Positions 46,542-56,192 of a stretch of 64,000 bases of DNA are shown here, in pieces; within the stretch, counting starts at the first letter, position 1; each line of letters starts with the position of its first letter. A program made the position numbers and the translations under genes. The DNA comes from an uncultured Planctomycetia bacterium (GTDB lineage: Bacteria > Omnitrophota > Gorgyraeia > Tantalellales > Tantalellaceae). Location: contig CAZGOG010000002.1 in NCBI GenBank assembly GCA_964527555.1, positions 41,698 to 105,697 on the forward strand, read 5' to 3'. The notes below the pieces were generated by a model. It saw only the letters and a program-made list of their open reading frames with translations. It was not told the origin of the DNA and did not search any database.

Positions 46542-48254
46542 TCAAGTAACTCTCAAAACTTCCTCTAAAGTGGTCCATCCCTTGATAAACTTCATCATCG
46601 CATTATCACGCAAAGTCCTCGTGCCTTTTGTCCTCAAATACTCCCTTATCTCGCCTTCGGAAGCCTTTTTATCTATCATCTTTTTTATCCGGTCATCTAT
46701 AAGAAGCGTCTCGAGTGTCCCAAGCCTGCCGCTGTAACCCGTGCCGCTGCACCTCGGACACCCTCTTCCCTTATAGAACTTACCCACACCCCGGGCTTCG
46801 GGATACTTTTTATGCATTTCGTCTATCATCTTTGCCGGTATCTCCGCTTCGACCTTGCAATGCGGGCATATCCTTCTAAGAAGTCTCTGGGCACATGCCA
46901 TGATGAGACTCGCCCCGACAAGGAAGGGTTCAATACCCATATTCTCAAGACGCGTGATCGCCCCGACCGCATCGTTCGTATGCAGGGTGCTTAAGACCAT
47001 CTGCCCTGTAAGCGAAGCTTTGATGGCTATATCCGCGGTCTCAAAATCTCTTATCTCTCCCACCAGGATAACATCCGGGCTCTGGCGCAGTATCGCCCTC
47101 AAGCCGCTGGCGAAGTCCAGTCCTATTTCAGGCCGGGCTGCTATCTGGGTTATGCCGGCAACCTGGTACTCAACGGGATCCTCCACAGTGATTATGTTCC
47201 GCTCGGGAGTATTCATCTCGTTAAGCACCGAATAAAGCGTGGTGGATTTACCGCTGCCGGTGGGGCCTGTGACCAGTATTATCCCAAAGGGCCTCGAAAG
47301 CGCTTCCTTGAAATCAGCCAGAGGTTCCGGCAAAAACCCGAGAGACTCAAGCCCAAGAGAGAGACTCCCCTTGTCAAGCGCCCTCAAGACTATCTTATTG
47401 CCGAAACTTATGGGAAGCACGGAAACGCGGAAATCTATGTCTCTTTTCTCAAGTTTTATGCGGAACCTTCCGTCCTGCGGCACCCTCGTCTCCGTGATGT
47501 CAAGAGTAGACATTATTTTCAGACGCGCTATTATCGCGTTCTGGTTCTTCTTCGGCAGGTCGAAAACGCTGTGAAGCTGTCCGTCAATGCGATAGCGGAT
47601 CCTGAGCGATTTTTCCTGAGGTTCAATATGGATATCACTGGCTCTTTTCTTGATCGCCTCGCTTATTATAAGATCGACCATCTTGACAATGGGCGCCGCC
47701 GTACTTTCTCTGGTTATCTCCCTTACGTCAAGGCCTTCCTCCCTTTTAACAACTTCTACGTCAGATCCGCCTGCCTCCTCGTCCATGATGGTGGAGATGT
47801 CGACCTCTTCTTCAACCTCATAAAAGGCGCGCAGGACCTCCTGAAGCTCCTTACGGGTGGCCAGAGTCAGTTCCACGTCACAGCCCGTTACGGTCTTGAC
47901 ATCGTCTATCGCATAAACGTCAGTAGGGTCAGAGACAATAAGCGTCATATCCTTGCCGATCTTGGACAGTGGCACTACAGAATGACGCCGGGCCACTTTC
48001 TCCGGCACCAGGCTCATCGTATCATCATCCAATACAACTCTTGAAATATCTATAGGGGGGATATTTAATTCACCGCTTAACGTTATTAAAAGATCGTGGT
48101 CTGAGACGGCTCCGCTTTCGGAAAGCGCTTTTATTATGTCGCTTCTGTTTTTCCTCTTGAGCTCGTTATCGAGCTTGTTCCGCGTCTCTTCGTCTATCAG
48201 CCCATTGTCCCGCAAGGCTTTCAGTATCCTGTCTTTTATTAGAAGTTGTGTCAT
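46542..48254 (-). CDS. pilB: Type IV pilus extension ATPase PilB (GspE family) with N-terminal MshEN/T2SSE_N domain
   Basis: 570 aa. Walker A GPTGSGKSTTLY, Asp box, His box, tetracysteine CPHCK...CPRCSGTGYSGR. N-terminal GSPII_E_N-type domain. Confidence 0.85.
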   Translation of the reverse strand: MTQLLIKDRILKALRDNGLIDEETRNKLDNELKRKNRSDIIKALSESGAVSDHDLLITLSGELNIPPIDISRVVLDDDTMSLVPEKVARRHSVVPLSKIGKDMTLIVSDPTDVYAIDDVKTVTGCDVELTLATRKELQEVLRAFYEVEEEVDISTIMDEEAGGSDVEVVKREEGLDVREITRESTAAPIVKMVDLIISEAIKKRASDIHIEPQEKSLRIRYRIDGQLHSVFDLPKKNQNAIIARLKIMSTLDITETRVPQDGRFRIKLEKRDIDFRVSVLPISFGNKIVLRALDKGSLSLGLESLGFLPEPLADFKEALSRPFGIILVTGPTGSGKSTTLYSVLNEMNTPERNIITVEDPVEYQVAGITQIAARPEIGLDFASGLRAILRQSPDVILVGEIRDFETADIAIKASLTGQMVLSTLHTNDAVGAITRLENMGIEPFLVGASLIMACAQRLLRRICPHCKVEAEIPAKMIDEMHKKYPEARGVGKFYKGRGCPRCSGTGYSGRLGTLETLLIDDRIKKMIDKKASEGEIREYLRTKGTRTLRDNAMMKFIKGWTTLEEVLRVT

Positions 48255-48261
48255 CTTACAA

Positions 48262-49998
48262 TCATCCTGTCTCTTTGTCTCCGAGAGTTATGCGCAAGAC
48301 ATCCTCAAGAGAAGCAACACCGTCGATCACGTTTTCTATGCCGTTTTCCCTCAGTGTAGTCATCCCGTCACACCTGGCGGCTTTTTCTATATCAGCCGCA
48401 TCGGCTTCTTTAAATATAAGATCCTTTATCGCGGGGGTCAGTATAAGACATTCTATGATACCGAGTCTGCCCTGATATCCGGAATTTGCGCATCTTTTGC
48501 ATCCCTTAGGACGATAGATCTTCATGGGAGATGAGTCCCTGTCAAGAAGGCCGTATTTCTCGGCAACCTCTTTCGGCGGAAAATACTCTTCCTTGCATTC
48601 GGGACATAACTTTCTCAGAAGTCTCTGCGCCGCTATAAGTTCCACGGAAGCCGCAATAAGGAAAGGTTCTACTCCCATATTTATCATCCTCACGATCGCC
48701 CCGCTTGCGGTATTGGTATGGAGAGTGCTTAAGACAAGGTGCCCGGTAAGCGCGGACTTGATCGCGACGTCCAAGGTATCGAAATCCCTTATCTCACCCA
48801 CCATGATAACATCCGGGTCCTGTCTTAAAATCGAACGCAGAGACCCCGCAAAAGTAAGCCCTATATCCTCTTTTATTGAAACCTGGTTAATACCTTTAAG
48901 CTCGTATTCTACGGGGTCTTCCACGGTGATCAGGTTCTTTTTCGGATCGTCCACATGCTTAAGTATGGAATACAAGGTCGTGGTCTTCCCGCAGCCGGTA
49001 GGCCCGCAGACAAGGATCATTCCGTGAGGCCTTTCGCTGGCGGTGCGTATCTTCTCTTTATCCTTTTCTTTGAAACCCAAAACATCCAGGTCTATCTTGG
49101 CATACTGCCGATCGAGTATTCTAAGGGCGGCTTTCTCGCCGTAGCTTGAGGGTACTATGGAGACCCTGAAGTCTATCTTTCTGCCTTCGACTTTTATCCT
49201 GAACCTGCCGTCCTGGGGCAGGCGCCTTTCAGCGATATCAAGGTTAGACATGACTTTAATGCGCGATATTATCGGCTGGTGGAACTTCTTGCTGGGCGCG
49301 TATCGTTCAAATAACGTGCCGTCTATACGGTAACGCACTCTGGACTTGTTCTCCATCGGCTCTATCAAAACATCGCTGGAACGCTCCTTGACGGCCTTGC
49401 TTAATATCGTGTTGGTAAGCTTGACCACAGGCGCTTCTTCCGTTATCTTAAGTAGATCTATCGAGGAGAGATCCTCTTCCTCGCCGGAGACCATCTGCAT
49501 CTGAGAGCTTTCTATGTCGTCCACTATGGCGCTTATCTCTTCGTCCGCCGACTTTTCGTAATACTGCCGGAGAGCATCTTTCATCTCATCTTCAGCGGCA
49601 ATAACGGGGCTGACATTGAGCTTGGTCATGATCTTGATGTCATCGAGCACGAATATGTTCAGAGGATCGACCATGGCAACCGTAAGCTGCTTGCCTATAC
49701 GCGAAATCGGCAGTATCCCTTCCTCAAGCGCGGTCTTCTTGGGTATAAGCGCGAGCACCTCATCCTCGATTTTAAGACTGGAAAGCTTAACCGGAGGGAA
49801 TCCCAGTTCTTCACTCAAGGCCGTTAAAAGGTCATCCCTTGACAGCGCATGCATTTCGACCAGCGTATCGCCTATATTGCCCCCTTTTTTCGTACAGGCT
49901 TCCTCCGCCTTTTTAAGGTCCTCTTTGGTGATAAGTCCCTTCTTAAGGAGAAGGTCACAAATCTTTTTAGTAAGTGAAAGCGGCATCTTTACCAGCAC
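48262..49998 (-). CDS. Second PilB/GspE-family secretion ATPase paralog with N-terminal MshEN-like domain
   Basis: 578 aa. Walker A GPTGCGKTTTLY, CPECK...CKRCANSGYQGR, N-terminal T2SSE_N-like domain. In tandem with pilB. Confidence 0.8.
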   Translation of the reverse strand: MLVKMPLSLTKKICDLLLKKGLITKEDLKKAEEACTKKGGNIGDTLVEMHALSRDDLLTALSEELGFPPVKLSSLKIEDEVLALIPKKTALEEGILPISRIGKQLTVAMVDPLNIFVLDDIKIMTKLNVSPVIAAEDEMKDALRQYYEKSADEEISAIVDDIESSQMQMVSGEEEDLSSIDLLKITEEAPVVKLTNTILSKAVKERSSDVLIEPMENKSRVRYRIDGTLFERYAPSKKFHQPIISRIKVMSNLDIAERRLPQDGRFRIKVEGRKIDFRVSIVPSSYGEKAALRILDRQYAKIDLDVLGFKEKDKEKIRTASERPHGMILVCGPTGCGKTTTLYSILKHVDDPKKNLITVEDPVEYELKGINQVSIKEDIGLTFAGSLRSILRQDPDVIMVGEIRDFDTLDVAIKSALTGHLVLSTLHTNTASGAIVRMINMGVEPFLIAASVELIAAQRLLRKLCPECKEEYFPPKEVAEKYGLLDRDSSPMKIYRPKGCKRCANSGYQGRLGIIECLILTPAIKDLIFKEADAADIEKAARCDGMTTLRENGIENVIDGVASLEDVLRITLGDKETG

Positions 49999-50001
49999 CC
50001 C

Positions 50002-50460
50002 TTAATTTATTTCTTTGGATTGTTTGTAGAGCCTGTTCAAAGCTTCCGATATAGACGTAACGGTACTTATGAAGACCTGGACCTTTCTTTTTGTGAGCAT
50101 CGCAAGATCCTCGATAGCTTTTTCGTTAAGCGGGTTCGACATCGCAACCGTAAGGATGTTTCCCATACAATCGATGGGGACTATACTGTACTGTCTGGCG
50201 ACGTTCTCCGGCACGATATCGGCCATCTCTTTTTTAAGTTCGTAATTTTCCAGAGGAAGATAAGGAAACCCGTACTGAACGGTAAGCGCCTGAACTATAT
50301 CCCGCTCGTTCGCATACCCCAGTTTAACCAGTATCTCGCCCAAAAGCCCCCCCTCGCTTCTCTGGAAGTCAAGCGCTCTCTGAAGCTGGTCCGTGGAAAT
50401 GACCTCGTTACGCACCAGTATCTCTCCTAATTTTTCTCCTACACGTTTTTCAGGCGTCAC
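50002..50460 (-). CDS. Standalone MshEN (T2SSE_N) domain protein, putative c-di-GMP receptor
   Basis: 152 aa. Two copies of the MshEN c-di-GMP-binding motif, KLGEILVRNEVISTDQLQRALDFQ and LLGEILVKLGYANERDIVQALTVQ, followed by the second half of a GSPII_E_N fold (IVPENVARQYSIVPI...LTVAMSNPL). No ATPase domain. Confidence 0.7.
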   Translation of the reverse strand: MTPEKRVGEKLGEILVRNEVISTDQLQRALDFQRSEGGLLGEILVKLGYANERDIVQALTVQYGFPYLPLENYELKKEMADIVPENVARQYSIVPIDCMGNILTVAMSNPLNEKAIEDLAMLTKRKVQVFISTVTSISEALNRLYKQSKEIN

Positions 50461-50502
50461 TTTTCTCTCCTAACCATATGTGTTAACGTTGATAAAAACA
50501 GT

Positions 50503-51564
50503 TTATCCGATCACTTTAATCAGTTCCTCCACGTCGGATGACCTTGCAAGAGCGTTCTCTTTTGTTATCAGGCTTTTGGCATAAAGCTCAGCCAGAGCCT
50601 GGTTCATCGTCTTCATGCCCACCTTCTGGGACGTCTGGATAATGGAATATACCTGGTGCTCTTTACTGTCACGTATCATGCTTCTAACGGCAGTGTTGGT
50701 CACCAGGACCTCAGTTGCCAGGACCATGCCCGGCTTATCTTTGCGGGGCAATAGCTGCTGCGAGAGGATACCGAGCAGCACAAACGCAAGCTGTGCCCTG
50801 ACCTGCCTTTGCTGATGTGATGGAAAGACGTCTACCATACGGTTTATCGACTGGGTGGCATCTGAAGTGTGCAGGGTCCCCAGCACAAGGTGTCCGGTGT
50901 CGGCAATGATAAGCGCCTCCTGTATGGTCTCCAGGTCCCGCATCTCTCCCACCAGTATAACATCCGGGTCCTGCCGGAGCACAAACCTGAGTGCATTCCT
51001 GAAAGAGTAGGTATCTTCGAGTATCTGCCTCTGATCGATAACGGCCTTTTTGTTCTTATGGACAAATTCGATCGGGTCTTCAACCGTCACGATATGACAG
51101 TTACGTTTGGAGTTGATCTCATCCACCATAGCCGCAAGGGTCGTCGTCTTGCCGCTGCCGGTAGCTCCGGTAACAAGGATAAGCCCCTTCTGATAAGTGC
51201 AGAATCTTTTTACCACCGCTTCGGGCAGGCCGCATTCGGCGATACTCATGATCTCGACAGGGATCAGCCTTATGGCGCAACCGACGCTGCCCCTCTGGAT
51301 GAAGGCATTACCCCTGTACCTGCCCACCTTCTCTATGGACAAGGAAAAATCAAGTTCCTTTTCCCTTTCAAACTTTTTTATCTGCTCTGCGTTTATGAGG
51401 CTGTACACAAAGTCTTTAGTCTGGTCCGGGGAACAAATCTTTTCATCCACCTCTACCAGCTCATTGTGGATGCGGTAATGCATGGGACTGTTGGCGCTGA
51501 TATGAAGATCCGATGCCTTCTTCCCGGGCATGGCCTCGAGTATCTTTCTGATATTATCCTTCAT
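50503..51564 (-). CDS. pilT: Twitching motility ATPase PilT
   Basis: 353 aa. Walker A GATGSGKTTTLAAM, PilT-specific AIRLIP and GMxTxxxxLxxL-type C-terminus, no N-terminal GSPII_E_N domain. Confidence 0.9.
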   Translation of the reverse strand: MKDNIRKILEAMPGKKASDLHISANSPMHYRIHNELVEVDEKICSPDQTKDFVYSLINAEQIKKFEREKELDFSLSIEKVGRYRGNAFIQRGSVGCAIRLIPVEIMSIAECGLPEAVVKRFCTYQKGLILVTGATGSGKTTTLAAMVDEINSKRNCHIVTVEDPIEFVHKNKKAVIDQRQILEDTYSFRNALRFVLRQDPDVILVGEMRDLETIQEALIIADTGHLVLGTLHTSDATQSINRMVDVFPSHQQRQVRAQLAFVLLGILSQQLLPRKDKPGMVLATEVLVTNTAVRSMIRDSKEHQVYSIIQTSQKVGMKTMNQALAELYAKSLITKENALARSSDVEELIKVIG

Positions 51565-51591
51565 CTTTTCCCCTTCGCTTAAAGATCTTTT

Positions 51592-53007
51592 TTACTCGCC
51601 TACTACTTTGTTCTTCCCCGCGGCTTTGGCTTTTTCCACATACTCACGGGCTCTGGCCATGATCTCTTTCGCGTTTACCCCGTCAATGGGATTTTCACTT
51701 ACGCCTATACTGACTGTGATCCTGTCGCCTGCCTCGCCGGAAAGCTGCATCTCTTCCACTCTCCTGCGTATCTCCTCCGCCATTTCAAGGCTTTCCCTTT
51801 TATTCTTCTCCGGTGAAAGTATCCCGAATTCAGCCTCTTCAGCTCTTGCGACCTTGCCGACTGGAGGAACGGCTCCGCTTAAGAGCGAACCCAATTTTTT
51901 AAGGACCTCTTCGCTCTTCGCCTTACCGTGACTTTTGGAGTACTGGTCAAAATCATCCACCTCTACCACCATCAGCGAACAGGGCCGCTGATAATAAACG
52001 GCCCTGTTGATCTCGTCTTCCAGGCGGTCTTCAAGATAACTGAGTGAATAAAGCCCGGTAACGGGGTCAACAACGTCTATGCTTTCCACTCTCCTGAAGG
52101 CCTGGGCGCTCTGATAGCCGAGGACTACTTCCTTCTCGAAGGCCCTTAAGGAGTCTATCTCCTCTTCATCGAACTCAAAATCTTTAGTGAAACTGCCGAG
52201 GAGGATGACCCCCACTATATCGGAAGCTACCTTCATGGGGAAAAGAAGGACATTCATATCATCCCCGAGGCTTTCTTTCATTTCTTTCTGCCAGAATTTA
52301 GCGGGCGGGCGCGAATCGATGAAAAGGTTATCGTGCTTAAGAAAATGTTTTTCCAGAGAAGGCATCTCTACCACCAGACTCGGAATATCAATATCCCTGC
52401 CGGAATCGTTATAGAAAGACTCCTGCGAGTATTTCCCGCCGGGCCCTTTTGTCAGGATAATGCAGAATCCCCCGTAAAGCTCGTTTGCCAATTTTTCCGA
52501 AGCGAAATCAGCGATTTCCTCAAAAGTCGCGCCGGAGGAGATCATATCGCCCAGTTTCATGAGGTTTGTAAGCGTGAGGACTTTTCTGTGGATACTGACG
52601 TTTAAAGCCGCGGTTTTTTTGCTGTATTCCTGCAGCTGCCCGATATAACCGCGGATCCTGCCCGTCATGGTGTTGACGGCGCTGGCTATATCTCCCAGCT
52701 CGCCCTCCTCCTGTGTCGGCACTCTGGCATCGTACTGGCCGCTGGCTATGACCTTCGTCTCAAAAGCAAGTTCTATGACGGGGCCTATCAGCTGCTTCGC
52801 GAGCAAAAATCCCGTCCAGGCAACCCACAGGGTAAATAGAATAATGGCGGTTACCTGAACCATGCTATCCGGAGAAACCGGAAAGATATATTGCGTGACA
52901 ACATACGCCATTATGAGAAGAGGGACGATCGACATGAGGGAAAAAGCTATTAAAAGTTTATATTGCAGTCCTTTTCTGCCGACAGACAGGCCCTTAAACG
53001 CTTTCAT
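51592..53007 (-). CDS. Membrane sensor protein with HAMP, GAF-like and degenerate GGDEF (EEAEF) domains
   Basis: 471 aa. Two N-terminal TM helices, HAMP (IASAVNTMTGRIRGYIGQLQ), central GAF-like region, C-terminal GGDEF fold (DPVTGLYS...VDDFDQYS...ITVSIGVS) in which the GG[DE]EF site reads ARAEEAEF. Upstream substrate-binding residues (N, D, GH, GD positions) are also substituted. Confidence 0.75.
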   Translation of the reverse strand: MKAFKGLSVGRKGLQYKLLIAFSLMSIVPLLIMAYVVTQYIFPVSPDSMVQVTAIILFTLWVAWTGFLLAKQLIGPVIELAFETKVIASGQYDARVPTQEEGELGDIASAVNTMTGRIRGYIGQLQEYSKKTAALNVSIHRKVLTLTNLMKLGDMISSGATFEEIADFASEKLANELYGGFCIILTKGPGGKYSQESFYNDSGRDIDIPSLVVEMPSLEKHFLKHDNLFIDSRPPAKFWQKEMKESLGDDMNVLLFPMKVASDIVGVILLGSFTKDFEFDEEEIDSLRAFEKEVVLGYQSAQAFRRVESIDVVDPVTGLYSLSYLEDRLEDEINRAVYYQRPCSLMVVEVDDFDQYSKSHGKAKSEEVLKKLGSLLSGAVPPVGKVARAEEAEFGILSPEKNKRESLEMAEEIRRRVEEMQLSGEAGDRITVSIGVSENPIDGVNAKEIMARAREYVEKAKAAGKNKVVGE

Positions 53008-53055
53008 GAGACACCTCCACGTATAAAATCTTATTTATAAGCGAATAACCTTCTT

Positions 53056-53075
53056 AGTGTAATTAATATTACACT
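53056..53075. promoter_or_regulatory. Palindromic candidate operator AGTGTAAT-taat-ATTACACT upstream of the degenerate-GGDEF gene
   Basis: Perfect 8-bp inverted repeat with a 4-bp spacer, ~50 bp upstream of the start at 53007, in an AT-rich promoter-like region. Confidence 0.4.
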
Positions 53076-53178
53076 ATGGATTTTTGAAAGTCAAAAAACG
53101 CTCTTTAAATTATACGAAATCCAGAAGATCAGAAAAATAAAGGGAAAACGTGAAGGACGCGAAAGACAACTAGCGGAA

Positions 53179-53301
53179 TTTACCCATGCACCAGAAGGCC
53201 GCGCCCGTAAGGGTGCGGATGAATGACCTTCGGTGCAGGATTCCGCTTGACGGAAAGACTGAAACTGTGGATGCCATGGGCGTTAGCCCATGGAGCTTCA
53301 C
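53179..53301 (-). repeat. 123-bp structured interspersed repeat, copy D (reverse-complement orientation)
   Basis: The reverse complement aligns with copy A over its full length. The inner stem carries a compensatory A-T to G-C change. Lies 10 nt downstream of the radical-SAM gene stop and upstream of the GGDEF gene. Confidence 0.9.
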
Positions 53302-53310
53302 CTGACGCAC

Positions 53311-55056
53311 TTATTCTTTAAGACCGCTTTTTATAAATTCTTCTTTAAGGCTGGATTTATCAAGTGCGATTTTTATATGGTCCCACGGCAGGACTTCATC
53401 CAATGAAAACGCGCGTGACGCATAATCGTAGATGTCTAGACCGTTTTCTTTAAAAGCTTCCTGCCATATGGAAAAGTTGAAAAAATCCCTCCATCCGTCC
53501 ATCTTGGCGCCTTTCTGCCATGCCGTTAAGATGACGTTTGCCAGGCGCCTGTCCCCTCTTGAGAGAGACGCTTCCACCAGGGATTGCTCCAGATCGTGGA
53601 ACTCGACCCGCACTTTCCTGGAAGACCCTTTAATGAGTTCGCTCCTTATTCCGGCAAGAGTCTCTATACTTTTCATGCCCGTCCACTGGAGCGGCGTGTG
53701 CGGTTTCGGAATAAAGGAATTTACGCTTACTTTTATCTCGGCGCCGCCTTTTGAGGTTTTTTTTCTTATATCGGAAAGCCTGCGGGCCAGTTTTATTATA
53801 TTCTGGGCCTCGTCACCGGATTCCCTGGGAAAACCTACCATGAAATATAATTTTAGCCGCCGCCACCCGTGCTGAAACGCCACAGAAGCGGATCGGCAAA
53901 GCACTTCAAGGTCTATGTTCTTTGCAAGCGCTTCTCTCATCACCTCGCTTGCGGCCTCCGGAGCAAAAGTAAGAGACGTCTTGCGTATAGCGGAGATCAT
54001 CTCGGGAAGATCATAAAAAGCTTCATCCACCCTCAGTGACGGCACGGATATGGCGACGCCTTTATCTTTAAAATCCTCGGTAAGAGACTTGACCACTTCC
54101 GGTAACTTCGGGTAATTCACGCTTGATAGAGACAAAAGTGCCAGGCGTTCATACCCGGTATATTTGTAAGTTTCGCGCGATATCCTTCTTATCTCGTGGG
54201 GCGTCCTGAGGCGCAAGGGCCCGTTAACGGCGCTCGCCTGGCAGAAACGGCAACGGTTGGGACACCCCCGCATGATCTCTATCGCCATCCTGTCATGCAC
54301 GATTCTAATGAAGGGCACTATCTGTTTGGCGGGATAATACGCCTGTCCAAGGTTTTTAACTACTGCCTTCTCGACTTTTTCCGGGACATCCTCTTCCAGC
54401 GGAGCTGTCCCCAAAAATCTCCCTTCGGAATAACGGGCTTTGTAAAGGGACGGGACGTACACCCCATCGAGCTTGGAAAGAGCTTTAAGCAGTTCTCTTC
54501 TTTTTTTGGTCTTGCTCCCGGCTTTTCTATACTCGTCGACGAAACGGGGAAGCGCTTCTTCCCCGTCACCGATTATGAAAGCGTCGATGAACTTACTCAT
54601 AGGCTCGGGATTGTACGCGGCTGTCCCTCCCGCTATAACCAAAGGTTCTTCATCCTTTCTCTTCTCCGACTCTACAGTCACTCCGCCCAGTTTAAGCATG
54701 CTCAAGACATTCGTATATGTAAGCTCATACGAAAGAGAAAAACCGATAATATCAAACCCGTTTATCGCCCTTCTTGTCTCCAGACTGAAGAGTTTGATGC
54801 CGCTTGAAGTAAGCTCTTGTTCCATATCATCCCACGGCATAAAAACCCTTTCGCACGCGATATCGTCGCTCTCGTTCAAAAGATGATACAGGATGCGCAG
54901 TCCCAGATAGCTCATGCCGACTTCATATGTATCCGGGTATGCCAGGACTACCGAAGTCCTGTCTTTACGGGGACTCTTACGTATGCTGTTAGTCTCCCCG
55001 CCTATATACCGGCCCGGTTTCTGGACTTTTTTGATTATGTCGCTGAATTTATCCAT
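53311..55056 (-). CDS. Radical SAM protein of the rng-associated family (TIGR03960-like; B12-binding-like N-domain + radical SAM core)
   Basis: 581 aa. CxxxCxxC motif in MRGCPNRCRFCQAS. N-terminal VVLAYPDTYEVGMSYLGLRILY region typical of this family. Family name recalled from memory. Confidence 0.7.
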   Translation of the reverse strand: MDKFSDIIKKVQKPGRYIGGETNSIRKSPRKDRTSVVLAYPDTYEVGMSYLGLRILYHLLNESDDIACERVFMPWDDMEQELTSSGIKLFSLETRRAINGFDIIGFSLSYELTYTNVLSMLKLGGVTVESEKRKDEEPLVIAGGTAAYNPEPMSKFIDAFIIGDGEEALPRFVDEYRKAGSKTKKRRELLKALSKLDGVYVPSLYKARYSEGRFLGTAPLEEDVPEKVEKAVVKNLGQAYYPAKQIVPFIRIVHDRMAIEIMRGCPNRCRFCQASAVNGPLRLRTPHEIRRISRETYKYTGYERLALLSLSSVNYPKLPEVVKSLTEDFKDKGVAISVPSLRVDEAFYDLPEMISAIRKTSLTFAPEAASEVMREALAKNIDLEVLCRSASVAFQHGWRRLKLYFMVGFPRESGDEAQNIIKLARRLSDIRKKTSKGGAEIKVSVNSFIPKPHTPLQWTGMKSIETLAGIRSELIKGSSRKVRVEFHDLEQSLVEASLSRGDRRLANVILTAWQKGAKMDGWRDFFNFSIWQEAFKENGLDIYDYASRAFSLDEVLPWDHIKIALDKSSLKEEFIKSGLKE

Positions 55057-55067
55057 GTTTTTTTGCT

Positions 55068-56192
55068 TTATCTATTTACCCTGCGGCTGATACTGAGAAG
55101 AAAACCCACGCTGATCAGAGAGGCTATGGTATTGGACCCGCCGTAACTTATAGCCGGCAGGGGCAGACCCACAACCGGCATAAGCCCGATCGTCATCGAG
55201 ATGTTGACAAAAACCTGGAAGGCGATGAGCGTCACTACGCCGCTGGCTATGGCCTTGCCGTAAATATCCTCGGCGCTAGATATTATCCTTATGCCGCGCG
55301 CTATGACGAGCGCGTATAACCCTATCAGGATCAATGCGCCGATAAAACCCCATTCTTCCCCGATAACCGAAAATATGAAATCCGTATGCCTCTCGGGAAG
55401 GAATTCCAGGTAGCTTTGAGTGCCGCTCAGCCAGCCTTTGCCGAAAATACCGCCGGAACCTATCGCTATCTTCGACTGGATTATCGTATAGCCGGCTCCC
55501 AGCGGGTCTAAATCGGGATTGAGAAAAACCATGAGGCGCGTCTTCTGGTAATCTTTCAAAAAGCTCCATAATATCGGAAGGCTAAGGAACCCCAGAGCTA
55601 TAGTCGAGAGGATATACCTGGCGCTTTCCCCGCATATAAAAAGCATGACCAAAAGTATCGGCAAGATCACCAGAGCCGTCCCCAGATCCGGCTGAAGGAA
55701 TATGAGTAGTACCGCCGGCATGACAAGGATAACCGCACCGATATAATTTTTAAGCGTCCCTATCCTCTCTCTTCTTTCCCCGAGAAAAGCCGCCAGCGCC
55801 AGGATCACCGTGATCTTCACGAACTCCGAAGGCTGCACGGAAAAAGGCCCCAGGTCTATCCAGCGGCGCGCACCGTACCTCTCACCTCCGAAAAGAAGCA
55901 GAAAAACAAGCGCTGCCAGGTTAAGGGCATACGCCAGATAAGCAAAATCCAGCATCTTCAGGTAATCCGCTCTGGATGTCATAAAAAGAAAGACAAGTCC
56001 CACCAAAACCCACATGCTCTGTTTTACCACCAGCGCGCTTGGAATGTTTTCTCCGTCCGCCCTATCCCACGTGGCCGAGTATACAAACACTATCCCGAGT
56101 AAAGCGATTAAAACAGCTCCGAGAAGCAGAACCCTGTCCATCCGCCCTCTTGCGGTTATTATCCTGTTAGTTCTAAACAAGTTATTAACCAT
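55068..56192 (-). CDS. rodA: SEDS-family peptidoglycan glycosyltransferase RodA
   Basis: 374 aa, 10-TM FtsW/RodA/SpoVE family. Adjacent to mrdA and mreBCD, hence RodA rather than FtsW. Confidence 0.85.
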   Translation of the reverse strand: MVNNLFRTNRIITARGRMDRVLLLGAVLIALLGIVFVYSATWDRADGENIPSALVVKQSMWVLVGLVFLFMTSRADYLKMLDFAYLAYALNLAALVFLLLFGGERYGARRWIDLGPFSVQPSEFVKITVILALAAFLGERRERIGTLKNYIGAVILVMPAVLLIFLQPDLGTALVILPILLVMLFICGESARYILSTIALGFLSLPILWSFLKDYQKTRLMVFLNPDLDPLGAGYTIIQSKIAIGSGGIFGKGWLSGTQSYLEFLPERHTDFIFSVIGEEWGFIGALILIGLYALVIARGIRIISSAEDIYGKAIASGVVTLIAFQVFVNISMTIGLMPVVGLPLPAISYGGSNTIASLISVGFLLSISRRVNR

